A stretch of DNA of 64,000 bases from Tubiluchus corallicola (GCA_030141605.1 JAQGDQ010000830.1:26779-90778); one strand, 5' to 3'; numbered from the stretch's first letter, positions 1 through 13,524 are shown. Numbers and translations: made by a program. The notes: a model not told the origin generated them from the sequence alone.

Positions 1-1148
1 TAGTAAACCTATCTTAACGCGTTTACTGTCTGATCGCATACAGTTTCGCGATTGTAACTTTGTCTACGATATATTTGTTTTTTATTAGGTTGTAAATCTC
101 TAACTGCATGTACTTAAGTAACACAAGTAAATACTGAAAAGGTTCAATGTTTATAAAAGTTCATACTGGGATTTTTACGCAATGCGCAGCTACACGCACT
201 CTGCAGGAAAAAATGATAAACGTTGATGTTCTATAACGAGAGCTGGAGCCCTGGTATTGCGCGTGATTCTGGCAGACCCTTGCCGCCAGTAGCGTGGAAC
301 GAAAATAGTAACATTAAATAAAAACTGTCTGCAGCTGTGCAACTTCCTAACTCGTTTGCCTAGAACTTCTTGACCTGAAAAGCTAAAATTAATATTGCAA
401 AGTCTATTTTCATTTTTAGCCATTCAAGAGTGATGATACAGTGTTTAAAGCGCGCACAGTACTATATTTTAATAAATATTGTTTGCTAACTCATACATAG
501 TATGATGCCTTTGTTTATCTCTAAATTTTATGGACTAAATAGGCTAAATTTTAGTACTAAGTTTTAGTCCAAATTCAGTAATCCATATCCTGGCTGTAAA
601 ATTTCACAAAAATTTCACAGATTAGATACTGCTGATCAGATCTAGAAATCCCTAATTTAACAGAATTTAATTCCCAACCAGGTTGCAACTGAACACGTTG
701 GTTTACCTTTTTATTGCTATTTCGTAATACGTTTAATATATATATATATTATATATATTAATTCTTCATTTCTCATAAAATGGTTCACTCATTATAATAA
801 AATTGAGTAAGCCGCAGCGTAATGTTAAAATAACCACACTGTTCAAGACAAATGCGTCCAGTGCATACTAAAAAAACTAAAGTGCAAAACTATATACAAT
901 AAATGAACATATATACAAACATCATATTAAAATATTTTTACAAAACAATTTTACGAAAGTACATTAAATTTTACATGACATATTTTACACTATATATACA
1001 TTTGACATGACACAATTAACAGAAACATGCTTTACATTACATAAATTTCACTCATTACATTTACACTATTTATACATTTGACATTACAAAACTAACACAA
1101 CACGAATTACATTACATAATTTTTTTATAAAATTTTCATTTTTAATCG

Positions 1149-2478
1149 TTATATGGAGCCAGATGCACAATGTGGAAGTTGAAACCTGTTATATTGATAT
1201 TCTTTTAATTTCTTTTTAAAGTGGTATAATATATTGATATATTTATAAAGAAATATCAGTGTTTTGTAATCTCGATAGGCTTCTAATATTGGTATTTTTG
1301 TGGATGTTCTTAAGCTTGTTGCAGAACCAGCATGTTGTTTAGCAGTTTTGTTAGAGTAGCCATGAATTAATCTAAGTGCGTAGTCTTGCATTGTGTTTAG
1401 TTTTCTAAAGTTTTCATATTTAACATTTTGAAGTAAAGTGCAAGCATATAGATAATGTGGTAATATTAGACTTTTGTAGATGAGAATTTTTGTTTTCTTG
1501 GTTAGATAGCCTCTGGTTTGGCGTAAGAATGTCGTGCTTAATGCCATCTTGTTGTGTATTTGATGAAACTATTCATCCCAAGTGAGTTTATTGTCGACAT
1601 TAATGCCTAAAAATTTTACAGTTTTTGCTTGTTCTATGGAACAGCCACCTACTTTTAGTGTTGCATTAGAAGAAGTAATGTCATTTGACTTGGGTGATAT
1701 TACCATAAATTCTGTCTTATCATCATTCATTTTTAAACCAAAATAGTTAAATGCTGCACTTATATTTGTTGCCTTTTTCTAGATTATTTTTTGATGTTAG
1801 AAAGTCTGCGTGTGGTGTATAGAGTGTTGTATCATCGGCATATTGTGTTAAGTCTGAATTATGTAAAACTAAATGAATTTTATTAACGTATAAACAAAAG
1901 AGTAAAGGACCTAATATCCTACCTTGCGGGATGCCTCTCTGTGGTGTGTCCCATGTTGAAAAAGTGTGTTTGCTCAACTTGACTCTTTGTTTTCTATTAT
2001 GTAGGTAATTATTAATTAGTTTGAGCGAAGTATAATCGAATCCTAGTTGGCGTAAGTTGTCTAGTAGTAAATTGTGATCGAGGCTGTCAAAAGCTTTACT
2101 TAGATCTAAAAATGCTGCTGTTATATATTTATTTTTATTTAAGTTGTAACGCCACTTTTCAGTGGCATCAATTATTGCATCTATTGTAGAATGTAGTTTT
2201 CTAAAACCAAATTGATGATTTGACAGTAACTTATTATTTTCAATGTAATGGTTTATTTGGTTGTAGATAACTCTTTCAAATACTTTGGCTAGTGCGTGCA
2301 CTACTGAGATTGGTCTGTAGTTTTTAGCGTCATCTTTAGCATCTTTCTTGTGCTTTGGAGTTATGTTTGCTTGTTTACACACTGCTGGAAATTCTGAGCG
2401 CATTAAGACTTGGTTTGTGATATATGTTAGATGAGGAGTAATGATGCTGGCACAGTCTTTTAAGATTTTTATTGGCAT
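1149..2478 (-). pseudogene. LINE ORF2 reverse transcriptase and C-terminal region (disrupted)
   Basis: ORFs 1747-2478 (RT core, YADD) and 1149-1547, separated by a frameshift/stop near 1750. Confidence 0.9.
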
Positions 2479-2860
2479 GTCTGAGGGTCCACTTCCTTTA
2501 TTTATATTTAAACTGTTTAATATTCTAAAGATGTCATATTCTGTGACGCTAGTAAATGAGAAAGTGGATTGTGTTACTGATTAGTTTTTGTATATATTGT
2601 GTATATATTATATTTTATGTGGGTGTGGCAAGTTGTCAAATTTTCCGAGATTGATAAATGTGGAATTTAATTTGTTAGCAATGTCAACTGGATCAGATAT
2701 TATACTGTCATTTTCTCGTAAACTGTTTATTTGTAATTGATCGTTTCTATATCTGTTAAGTACGTCATTAATTAAACGCCATTTTTGCTTAGGTGTAGTT
2801 GCATCATTGCATTTATTAATATAATATTTATTTTTGAGTTTCCTGTTGTAGTTATTAAAT

Positions 2861-4318
2861 TTATTTTTGTGTATTTTTGTAATTATTGTAATTGCTTTTA
2901 CCTTTTAAATGTAAATATGTTCTATATAATTCATTTTTATTGTGTCTTAGTTTTGCGAGTTCTGTATCCGCCCAAGGGCAAGCAGATTTTGCATTAAATT
3001 GCTGCTGATGTATTTTAATTTTTTTATACGGTGCACAGATATCCAGGCAGTATTCCATATTATTTGTTAGCGTGTGTATTTGTATGTCAATGTCAGTCAT
3101 TGTGTAAATATTACTCCAGTCCAATTTGGTTAAAGTATCTTGAAATATATCTTTATTATATGTAGAATAATCTCTGACTGTTTTCCAGACTGTGCCTGTA
3201 TTGTTTTTGGTTGGTTCTTTTTTGTCTACTATTATTATAAAATCATGATCAGAATAATCACACGAGAAGTTTTCTTGTACTTGGAAATTGTCTTTAGCGT
3301 TTGAGATAAAGTGGTCTATGATAGATGATGTTTTAGTGATTCTTGTGGGTTTATTACTTGCGTTTAGTATTTGCGTGTTATACTGGTCCAAGACTTCTTT
3401 ATACTTTTTGCACTGAGCAGTTTTTGTTGCATTAATATCGATATTAAAATCCCCCATTAATAAAACTGGTTGATTTTCAAGTACAGCACGTTCAAGTTCA
3501 ATTTCAAAATGTTTTAGAAAAGTTTTATATTTTTGATTTGGTGGCTTATAAATGACACCTACAATGTAGTTTTCGATATTATACCAAATTGATTCTATTT
3601 TGTTAGTTTTAATTCCTTTGGCTTCGTTAAATGACATGTGTTTTGGGATGTACATTGCAACCCCTCCTCCACGTTTATGTGTGGGACGGTCTCGACGTAT
3701 GAGTGTATGATGAGGCAGTTGTATGGAGGCATTAGGTATTTGCTTGTGTAGCCAAGTTTCGGTTATTCCAAGGACTAAATTTTCAGATGAACGAACTGTG
3801 TATTTAAGCAATGCATGTTTTTTTGTCAGACTTTGTATATTGATATATAGAAATTTCAAATTCTTTTTATGTTTTTGCATAAAATCTGCCAGCTCTAGAT
3901 CAATGTGGTTTTGCGTGGGGGTTTGATTTAAGGGACCTGGATTAGTTTCAGTACAACCAATTATAAGCAACATTTTTAATACTGTTAGAAAATAATTATG
4001 GTTACAATTATTTTTAATTAGGTAAGGGAGTACACGTAATAAAGTAGGGGAGTACTGAAACTTGTAGTATAAATCTCTAGTATCTGTAAGTGTGCACTTT
4101 CTCACAGATGAATACTGTAAAATAGAAGCAGAATAGCAAAAATTTACGCACGAGTTATTTTCGATCCGATTTTGAGATATTATTACGCAGCAAGACGTGC
4201 ATACACGTTTCAGTGTACCAGAGATTGGCACTGGACACATCTGTCCTGAGTTTGTAATGTCTTTACACAATATTCGTTTATTTTGAGTAAAACTTAAAAT
4301 TTTTCGTTTAAAATTCAT
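2861..4318 (-). pseudogene. LINE ORF2 N-terminal part: leader peptide, 2A-like motif, APE endonuclease
   Basis: 485-aa ORF with all APE motifs; ends prematurely at 2861, and RT continues downstream in a separate ORF. Confidence 0.9.
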
Positions 4319-4366
4319 GATTAAAATATATGTATATATATCACGCTTATTACAGTTATTTACAGT

Positions 4367-4800
4367 TTAGTTCATTCGTGTCATCTTAAATAAACTGTTT
4401 AATAGTTTTTCAAACTTTGAAATGGATTCTTTTACTAATCCGGTAAACAGATTTTCAATTTCTGATTTTAATGCCTCTTTTTGAATGGGCTTAGTATCAC
4501 CTGAAGGTTTATCAGAGTCATTTGAATAATTTACAGGAGTTGGTAGTAATGGTAATCTTTTAACTGCATTCGCGTAACTGGCTGGTTTATAATTATATTG
4601 ACTTTGTGTAAAGCCACGAGTAACTGTATCTTTGTTTTGATTAGTCTTAACCCTACACCATCGATTTGGGTCATTAAACAAACATAGTTTAATGCATTCT
4701 CGCAACTTTTGTACACCTAATCTACTCAGGTGTAATCCGTCTCTCGCAATTAAATTATCATCTTCAAAATGACATTGCAAATTGCACAAAATGGTATTAG
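4367..4800 (-). pseudogene. LINE ORF1 C-terminal remnant, SGNH/GDSL esterase-like
   Basis: Motif ARDGLHLSRLG matches the DxxH block of the SGNH esterases found in CR1/L2 ORF1 proteins; lies immediately upstream of ORF2. Confidence 0.7.
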
Positions 4801-7731
4801 TTTTAGTTGTCAGAGTGTCAAAGGTTTTAAGGTTTAAGATTTAAGGTTTTTAACAGATGGTTATGTTAAAGGACAAGAAAATAGGTACCTGAAGTAAGTT
4901 TCAGGAAAATCGCCATAAAAAATTATATTACTTTACAGCAATTTTATGTATATATCGTACTCATGTTAAAAGGAATTTTTGTTTGTTTTCATTTTAAATC
5001 TCCCGCATGTTCCGAAGTCGCCATTACATGACGTCATCTGCGCAAACGTAAATCAGAGGAAGAAAAGGCAATGTTAAATTATGTCCCAAAAAACTTTCCA
5101 TGCAAATCTATATTACTTAGCATTTCGCTTACCTGCTGGAAAGGCCTTATGTAATTAGAAATAATAAATTAAAATGTTCGTGTCAATTGGTAAAATGTCA
5201 CTGGCTCACCCTCCAGGGTGCGCCACTCACTGACCAAAAACGTATTTTTAATCTTATTGACAAAATACAGTAATTTAAAATTTTACTTAGTTAGTAACAT
5301 GTGTGCTATGAATGCTCTGATTATTTTTTCAAACTTCACGCAATGTTATCTAAACTTGTATCAAACAACCTACCATTAAAATGGCTAACGGTCATCGCGG
5401 GAGTTTAAATTTACAAGTTTTTACACAGCATTATTGCCGACGCAAGCCCTGCATGCAAAAAGGCAGTATGTAAGGATATAAAATTTCACGACGAACTTTT
5501 AAAGCTTTATGTAAGTGGAGGGCTTTCTTGTGCTTTAATTAACATTAAAATTTGTAATACTGTATTCTGTGTAATGTTTACAACAAACAATATTTCCAGT
5601 TCTAATGAATGACGTCATACTGTATAAAACGAGGAGGGTTCAAATGTTTTATTTGCATTCTTCAATTTCCACTTTAAATCCGATATTCAATTATTCACTT
5701 TTTCAAATTACAATTCAGTGTTTCTTCGCCTTTCATTGTATTACAATTCATATTTGTTGAAATAAAGACCATGGCCCTGATTCATCAAACTTGCATATAG
5801 TAAAGAGAATGTATTTCAAATTTATGATTAAAGATCAAACTATTGCCTCAGCCGGAAGTCGAGTTAGGTGGGGCACATCACGCTACGATCAGCTGATGTG
5901 TGACCCACTTACGTGGGGACGCGTTGCGATTATAGATTTGATGACGTAGCTCCTATGTGCAGAGATTCAGTACGCATCATAAGAATTACAAAAGCAGTTG
6001 GAGCCGGCAACTCAGGGCGACCAGAGAGATAATCTAGAGACTGAGGGTTAGTCTGTTACTCGTTATTTGTACTTGTATCTTACGTTTAATAAACGTGCAA
6101 TTTTATAAATAAGGACTTGCTAGTTTGTTATGCCCTCTCGGCTGTTTACCTCGCAACACGTCAGAAGCCATACAGCCACAGCAGCTATAAACTATTACAA
6201 ACTCAATTTTTTTTACTCGTATATATACGTATATATATCGTACGGAAGTATATTATTTGCGACTATCATTACTCGTTAGTGTTCTGCTCTAAGGCGACTC
6301 ATCAAGCGTAGTTAATATAGTCTTAAGTGGTATAGTCTACACGAATACCATTATTTTAGAATAATGATAAACATGATTTATTAGTGCCAGATAGTATGTT
6401 CGTATATTTTTGGAAAAAAGGTGTAAGCAGCACCTAAATGTTCTTCTGATTCATATCATAAGCATGGTACCACCACTTACTGGTGAAAAGTGAAACTAAA
6501 ACAAAGTTTGATATATAAACCACGTTCAGAACAAATTGTGACACATCGACATCGACAACTGAGAAAATCAGTGTAAAGACACTAATGGAGAAAATCAGTG
6601 AAAAAAAGTGTGGGAATCTTAAATAATGTTGGAAGCCTTCAGCATAGCTTTGGATTACGTTCCACGGCACAAAACTTCACCTGAACGAAATCACCTGAAT
6701 ATAATATAGCACGTTATAAAGCTTTATTCCAAAAAATTTAATGTTTCGTAAATGCAAGCAACTCTGTGTCTGTCTCCTGTCTCTGCAATTTCTGTAATCA
6801 GAAATTACTTGTCAAATCATATCAATATGATGTCTCGAAGGTGAAAGAGCTGTTACCAACAAGTTTACCTAAAAGTGGCCACGTCAAGCAAAAGAAAGTC
6901 TACAAGAAATATTCTGCTGAAACGAATAGTCAAAATTTGATTAGAACTTAACTTTCGTGGTATCTGTAATGGTGCGCATGCGCTATATCTACACAAACAA
7001 AGCCTGTTACATCACAGTTAAAAATATGTACATATACAAAGCTCAGAACAGTAATTAATTTTGCAATATCTTGACAACAAAAAACTCACACAAAAAAATT
7101 TTTACATCTTTGTTTAACTAGTAACGTTACTAAAAATTAAAAATTCAGACAATAACGCTAGTTAATAGCATTAAAAATTGACGACTTTCTGAACAAATAC
7201 GTTCTATAAGGGAGATATAATAATTATTTCGAGAATATTTTAAACTGTAGGAGTGAACGTTACTAATTGTTTGAAAATTTGAAATAAGTGCAAATGGAAG
7301 TATCATAAATATATGACGAAAGCGATATATAAAACTCAGGCAGCGAGCAGAGCATGGCTCGATAAATGCCAGATCAAAAATCCGATTGTCACTTGACGCA
7401 GAATTTGTTATGGTATCACTTCCGGTAAAGTTTCTCTTGCGAATCGGGGGAAAATTAGGCTTGTTTTGAAAATGATGTTATTGACCCCGTCTTAAATTCA
7501 AAATGGTGGATTTAAAATCTGACTCCATCAATCGATGCAGAACTTCTTCTTGTACATTTCGTCGGTGACATAAGCTCTTGCAGCTTGTAGATCTGCGTTT
7601 TTGAAATCGACGTAGAATAAACATCGATCTTATAAACTTCGGGTTGAGTTTGATGACGATCAATTGCGTTTTAGTCTTTAAGCTATTTATAAGCACAAGT
7701 ACATTACGTTATCACAGACGTTCTTAATTGA

Positions 7732-8760
7732 CTAATAAAACCAATGGCGTCCAAAACCATTACCTCCTTCATACCCTCCATATCCGTGTCCAGAGCTAGC
7801 TAGGTTATGCCCACCATAATCATAACCATCAATCCCAACGGTAAGATATCTACCATATATACCGTATGGGTACGTGCTAAATCCACCATGACCTCCATAT
7901 CCGTTTCTGCCAGCTCCATGTCCACCGTAACCGCCAAAGCCGTGTCTGTGATATCCACCATGACCTTTAAATCCTCTGAAATCATGATTGCCAAATCCAC
8001 CATAATTATGGTTATTGTATTTGTGTTTGCGACCCAATTTGTTTCTACCATAGCTGGTATACGGCAGTTCAGTATTCACGTTTGCACCATAACCACCCAA
8101 TCCATATCTCAGCCCGTTGTGACCGTAATTTCCATGCCCGCTAGTAAGCGAACTATAGCTGTCATCTCCATGACTATCCACGTCGTATCTTTTATCGCCA
8201 TAACCATGATATCTGCCGTAATTGTGACCACTGTAACCTCCATATCCTTGCCCAGAATGCCCATTAAAACTGAGCTTCCCGTATTCTCTTTTGCTAGGTA
8301 TGTCTAAATTGATGTTATTATGAAAAAAGTTTGCTTTACCGCCGTATTTACCTAAGCCAGATCTATGATCATAGCTGTCCGGACCTTTCTGCTCAAATTT
8401 TCTGTTATACGAAACGCGTTTATTGCCATCGCCAACGAGCTCATCTCTTCTAGCTTTTTTGGTGGCATCATCATAGAAATTGTCAAATCCATATGGATCG
8501 TAGCGGAACTCCCCATAGCTCTTTCGTCCAACTCTGCTTATGAACTCGTCACTTTTCTCATCTTTTGCAGCCTTATTCTCTGAACCAGAAACTCCATAAT
8601 CTTTTTCATTGAATTCACTTGTGCTACGATGTTCATAATTTACAACAAAACCTGCTGGGTAGACTTCTTTCCTGTTATGAGTTTCCCGCCTTGCGTTTTG
8701 AGGAAGAGGATTTGAGTAAACTGTCCCTGTAGGTACGAGACCCTAAAACAATCAAGAGAC
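7732..8760 (-). CDS. Large exon of a secreted Gly/His/Tyr-rich low-complexity protein (gene A)
   Basis: The frame is open from 8742 to the stop at 7732 (336 codons, longer than the ORF track shows): GLVPTGTVYSNPLPQNARRETHN...GHGGYHRHGFGGYGGHG...GRHWFY. Acceptors TTTCAG (exon start 8760) and TTTTAG (exon start 8742). Confidence 0.82.
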
Positions 8761-8857
8761 CTGAAACATCTATAAAAACAAAATTTAATGTGTAATTATT
8801 GCCACGGCTTAAAACACAACTGAACTTCAAACTAGTGCAACTAGAAACAAATTCTTC

Positions 8858-9447
8858 AAGCAAAACCGGACCCAATTTTAAACTGTAGGTCAAAACAATC
8901 TACTTTTTAAGATATTGAAAGGAAACATACTATATTTTTAAAAATGACTTACGTGAAAGAATTATTACCACACAAACACAGTTTTGCGTTCGCACCATTA
9001 GTTCTTCGCTGTTACATGGATTTCGCCATTCGCTAGTTAGACGGGCACGAACTCCTGCATTTCGGAAACGCATTGCACAAAAACAGGTGCTGTACCTCGC
9101 AGTTCAAATGTATTAGTTTGTGACGAGTTAGTTAGTTTAGTTCATGCGTGTGTTCAGCGGTAAATTTGAAATTTAAATTTTTATCTTATCGCTTGCCTAG
9201 TACTACACACTGAATACCTTACAGTAGCGCTACTGTACTTCAATTTAAATTTTCGTAAACACGTGCAACACGCTCGTACAATATTTTTGCTGTTGGAAAT
9301 GTTAGTTTGTAATCTCGTCAACAGTTGGGCTCGCTCGTCGTTAATTAAGTTTTTAGTTTTTGCAGTATTAATTGTGTTAAAATGTATACTTTTTTATCGA
9401 ACTTGAAAATAGGGTAGTATACAAAAAATCAACCTGTCTTCCTTTAA
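8858..9447 (+). mobile_element. Non-autonomous DNA transposon, Kolobok-like family, copy 1
   Basis: ~600 bp homologous to 27555-28166 and, inverted, to 59175-59785. Ends AAGCAAAACCGGACC... and ...GTCTTCCTTTAA; TTAA-flanked AG...CT termini are Kolobok-like. Confidence 0.6.
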
Positions 9448-9605
9448 ACAATTAAACAGTTGAAGGGTCAACAACTGATCATCGTCAAAGTGCAAGAGAA
9501 AAATAGTGAAATTTTATATATAACAAACAACAGCATTATAAAAAATTATCTTGTCTTCGTTTAAACGTCTGGGAAAATTATCGTAAGAGTTAAAATAAAA
9601 CTCAC

Positions 9606-9686
9606 AAGATATCGTGGCAACAATTTTTTTACATTTAGTTCGACGTGTTCAGCTCCCTTAGCCAATGATAGAAAGTAAAAATTCAT
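9606..9686 (-). CDS. Candidate first coding exon of gene A
   Basis: GTGAGT donor at 9605-9600. Either MNFYFLSLAKGAEHVELNVKKLLPRYL (phase 0 to 8742), or MKKIVATIS from ATG 9634 if one extra T is removed (phase 1 to 8760). Confidence 0.45.
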
Positions 9687-9779
9687 TTATTTTCATCAGT
9701 AATTTTCTCATTTTGAACTCCTTAACTATGTCGACGTAAGACATAATTGTATGTAGACGAGAACACATACGTTACAGCT

Positions 9780-10560
9780 GCCTCTTAGCAAAGCCTTCGA
9801 CAGCCTGATCCACACTTTATTATTACAAAATTTGAAACAAGCAGAATTTGATAAAACATTTTTTCGGATGAAACAAGCACATTTGATAAAACACTGGCAA
9901 ACTGACACAAAAGGCATTCCCAAGGAACCCTGTTAGGACACCTATTATTATACTCGTCCAATGAAGATATTTATTTAGCCAGATACAATTTTGAACAAGA
10001 TTATAGTAAATATAAATACAGCCTTTGACTTCTATGAGTTGAGAATGAACAACGAAAAAACAATAGACATACAACTTTCATCAATAATAACACCAACAAT
10101 ATCTCTAAATTTGCAGTTAAAAGCTCATATTCTTGGGTATCAACATTGACGAACAATTATAGTGGGACCAACAATTTAATGAAATTTATAAAAATATGTC
10201 ATCCAGTATATCGTTTCTACGACAAGTAAAGTGGCAACTAAATTGGCAAACCAAAGTTCAGATCTATAAAGCATTTGCAATGCCTCGCTATATCTATGGA
10301 TGGAGTTCATATCAGAACATCTCAAGAGAAAACTTCTATAAATGAAATACTTCAAAATTATGGCCTCCAAATGATTTCTGGATAATCACACAGGACTACT
10401 AAGAAAAATAAGCTAAATAGTTTCTCTGCTACACGAATAAGACCCTCGCTGAAAACACCACTTTTGGAAGTACATAGATATTACCACACTTTAATTTTTC
10501 TCTACAGGTACATAAAGCAGATTAGCGTGCCATTTACTCGTTTCCAAAATTTAAAACTAA
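9780..10560 (+). mobile_element. Heavily decayed CR1/L2 RT fragment
   Basis: Recognisable remnants LSKAFDSL (9785), GIP-GTLLG (9913) and FLGINID (10130), similar to the LINE at 1-4 kb. Confidence 0.7.
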
Positions 10561-11035
10561 TTTAAAAGCTCTCTACATGAACCGGTATGACCAACCAAGC
10601 AACAACAATTGTGTTTACCCCCAGCCAGCATAAATCATTAATAATATAATTATGCTTTATATATTGCTGCTTCGTAATGTGTTAGAATCTATTTAATTTT
10701 CCGCCCTCTTGAACATATGTATATGTTACGTGCATCAATAATCATATCCTTCGGTGCATTTTAATTTATGTTTAATTCACTTTAATGTATGTGATTCTTT
10801 GTGCCTTCGACGACATGTGTATTATGTATATGTACAATTTATTTTTCAGTGCATTTTAATGTTCTTCTAAATATATTTTAATGTGTCACTTCTGCCCTTC
10901 TTTACCCCTCATCTATTTTAATTAAAACTATATGTACGTGTAGTATATTGTATAACAAATGTGCTTGTACATTTGTTAGACACGAATTAATGAATTGTGC
11001 TGTTTGCCCTATTGTCATTGTCATCATCGTATTGC

Positions 11036-11422
11036 CAGGGCCTATTTCAGCCTAGGCGAGGCCCGGGGAAGTGGGGCGTGTGAGGCCCCAATGGGGGGGG
11101 GGGGTGGCGTTCGCTACCAGAAAATTTTTGAACTGCTAGAACGCCGGAGAAGCATTTTCGAAGAGAAAATGTGGAGTTATACAGTTGTTGAAGGAAAGAA
11201 CAATTGAAAGAAAAACTGCTTTATTCTCAAGACCAGTCCTTAATACTTGTTAATACTGGCAAACGTGCGAGACGAGACGTGGAAACGGGCAAGAGAGAGA
11301 GGGAGAGAGGAGGCAGTATGTTCGCATAAAGCAAAAAAATATTACCTTGGCGCGAGGCCCCCGTGGAGGGTGAGTCCCCGGGGAAGACCCCACTCCCCCT
11401 CCCCCCCTTGAAATAGGCCCTG
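11036..11422. mobile_element. hAT-type MITE
   Basis: Perfect 14-bp TIR CAGGGCCTATTTCA / TGAAATAGGCCCTG and 8-bp TSD CGTATTGC at 11028-11035 and 11423-11430. Confidence 0.9.
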
Positions 11423-12749
11423 CGTATTGCTAATTATCATGCTTGTGCTTGTACATCTTATCGTATGCTGTAATTTTATCTTTATTTTAAATGCTTGTAT
11501 TTTATGCGCTACATTGCTAGTAGTTTTAATTTGACGCATTTGCGAGCTAACAGCGTAAATCCTTAGTTAGATACACTGAATGATATAACGCACTGTATGA
11601 TGTTTATAATCCCTACTTTTTATGACAAATAAAGATATTCACACACAGATATATATGATATTTATAATATATTATATTAAGATTATTTAAGATTACGGTA
11701 AATAATATATCAAGATTAAGGTAAACCACGAAATACGCGCTGTGAAGTAATTTTCTAATGTGTGAGTTTTCGAACTTAGCTCCACAATAAGAACCTCTTC
11801 CTGAACAATCAAATGTTGAACAGTAACATTTCATTCTATAATCTTATGCCATCCAACCATAATGTCAGTATCGTGATGTGATATATAATGCCTTTATTTG
11901 CCATTAAAACCATATAGTATATATTATATATAAAACGTACCATTAATATAAACAATTTTATATAAAATATCATCTTTTCGAGATTTCTTCAAAATTGACA
12001 ATGTGATGTATCAGTAGGATGTAGTGTAGGGATACCCTGAAATAAGAAAATTTGATACGTAACTTCGTATTAAATGGTGAGCAGCACGACAATGTTGGAG
12101 ACAAATACTATCATATTAATGTAGACTACTAATGATAAGGCTAACTTTTAAATGGCTGCAACTTGTTATCATGAAAAGAAACTAAATAAACTGAATGTTA
12201 CCTTAATTCATGTAATTACTTTTAGTTACGGAAATCTACTGATATGCTGCTGCAACACTTGCGATTCGGCGTGGCTCCACTTTCATCATTTGTACTATAA
12301 ATTGTTCTAGATGTGGTATAATATACTCCCTCGGGTGACAATGGATACTGTATCAACATTTTCAGACTATTTTAATAATAAAGATGACTTTATACTAGCT
12401 AAGTGTCTGAACTGGGGCATGTGTGAAGAAGAGCTAACAGAGCATGACGTTGCAGAAAGAGTTACATTATATCTCAATTGTCTTGAATGGGTGACAGATA
12501 TTTCGGCTTAGATCATGGCGTGTTGGTCTCTTATGAGCTTCGTCAGACTTATTGAAAATGTAATGCAGTTTTTTAATTTATAATTTATTTAGATTAGATT
12601 GTCCTTGGTTAGATTACATTTTATTTTAATTCAGTATACATAGTAACATATTGCATTTATTTACAAGAATTATTAATAAAACAGAATAAGACTGAATTAA
12701 TAATGCAACTAGCCAAACCCCACAAAAAGAATTTTGTGCACAAATCAAC

Positions 12750-13400
12750 ACAACCCACACCACACCACTCCACCTCATCACACCACACTGCACCACACCA
12801 TACCACTCCACCTCATCGCACCACACAATACCACCACACCGCACCGCACCACACCACCCACACCATACCACTCCACCACATCACACCACACTGCACCACA
12901 CCATACCACTGCACCACCCACACACCACACCACACCACCCACACCATAATACTCCACCACATCACACCGCACAGCACCACACCATAACACCACACTGCAC
13001 CACACCACCCACCCACCTACACACCACACCACCCACACCATACCACTCCACCACATCACACCACACCGCACCACACCATACCACTGCCGCACACCGCATC
13101 ACCCACACACCACACCACACCACCCACACCATACGACTCCACCACATCACACCACACTGCACCACACCATACCACCGCACCACACCACACTGCACCACCC
13201 ACACCATAATACTCCACCACATCACACCACACTGCACCACACCATAACACCACACTGCACCACAACAAACACACCACGCCACCCACTCCATACCACACTA
13301 TCCACACCACACCCCACACACCCTATCACCCCACCACACCATCCATAGCACAACACACAAAGCACACCACCACCACACCACATCAAATCCACCACCACCT
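12750..13400. repeat. Complex (CACCA)n-like microsatellite
   Basis: Degenerate CACCA/CACAC pentamer tract; overlapping ORFs are repeat artefacts. Confidence 0.9.
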
Positions 13401-13524
13401 CAAATTTTGTAACCGTTAATTATTCAATTAATGAATGGCAACAAATGTAACAAGTATAAATATGTAATTCAAGATGTACTGAATATGGTGACTCACACAG
13501 CTTCACCCACGTATTTGCTAAACG

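Larger units (their letters stand above)
737..4810 (-). mobile_element. CR1/L2-group non-LTR retrotransposon, 5'-truncated and frameshifted
   Basis: Minus-strand order: ORF1 remnant (DGLHLS), APE endonuclease (YINIQSL, GITETWL, GGGVAMY, MGDFNID, IDHF, SDHD), RT (KNYRPIS, QFGFR, DLSKAFD, GIPQG, YADD), C-terminal domain (FLGINVD, YKSLILPH), AT-rich 3' UTR ending in (TA)n near 737-760. Confidence 0.92.

Noticed and set aside
5810-6200. Possible solo LTR (GC-richer block, hairpin CACATCA/TGATGTG, AATAAA)
   Set aside because: No confident TG...CA ends or TSD, and no second copy in the window.
7807-8583. Plus-strand Ile/Thr/Ser-rich ORFs (also 19905-20288)
   Set aside because: Antisense shadows of the Gly/Tyr-rich exons.
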